Assembly: GCF_001194135.2 (NCBI RefSeq)
Contig: NC_068987.1
Location: forward strand, 57,824,142-57,871,906
Origin: Octopus bimaculoides
Lineage: Eukaryota
DNA length: 47,765 nt
Direction: 5' to 3'
The stretch's first letter is position 1, and each line of letters opens with the position of its first letter. Under the pieces are notes generated by a model, which was given only the letters and a program-made list of their open reading frames with translations, was not told the origin of the DNA and did no database searches. Positions 47,709 through 47,765 of this stretch are shown here, piece by piece. A program made the translations under genes and the position numbers.

Positions 47709-47765
47709 ACACACACACGCACATACACACACACACACAAGCACACACACATATATAAAATAATT

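Overview
AT-rich, microsatellite-dense eukaryotic DNA with 13 N-gaps. The SINE families and repeat landscape suggest an octopus or other coleoid cephalopod draft assembly (inference, not verified). No intact, recognisable host gene, rRNA, true tRNA or CRISPR array is supported. Nearly all ORFs in the supplied track are microsatellite translations, N-gap artefacts or off-frame reads of transposon relics. The window holds degraded mobile elements: Tc1 (DD34E), maT/rosa-like and Chapaev-like DNA-transposon fragments; R4/Dong-like, CRE-like and RTE-like non-LTR fragments; several tRNA-derived SINE families (about 13 copies of the commonest); and Penelope-like elements (PLEs) of three apparent types (Neptune-like, Poseidon/Penelope-like, Naiad-like). 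Best find: a PLE at 26995-28283 with its 3' end duplicated as an inverted arm. Just after the GIY-YIG stop codon, both arms carry a tRNA-like Pol III A/B-box module, an (AAT)n tract and a minimal type I hammerhead ribozyme. A second PLE family carries a hammerhead-like fold with a non-canonical CUGU(G/U)GA core in two copies. All alignments and family assignments were made by eye.
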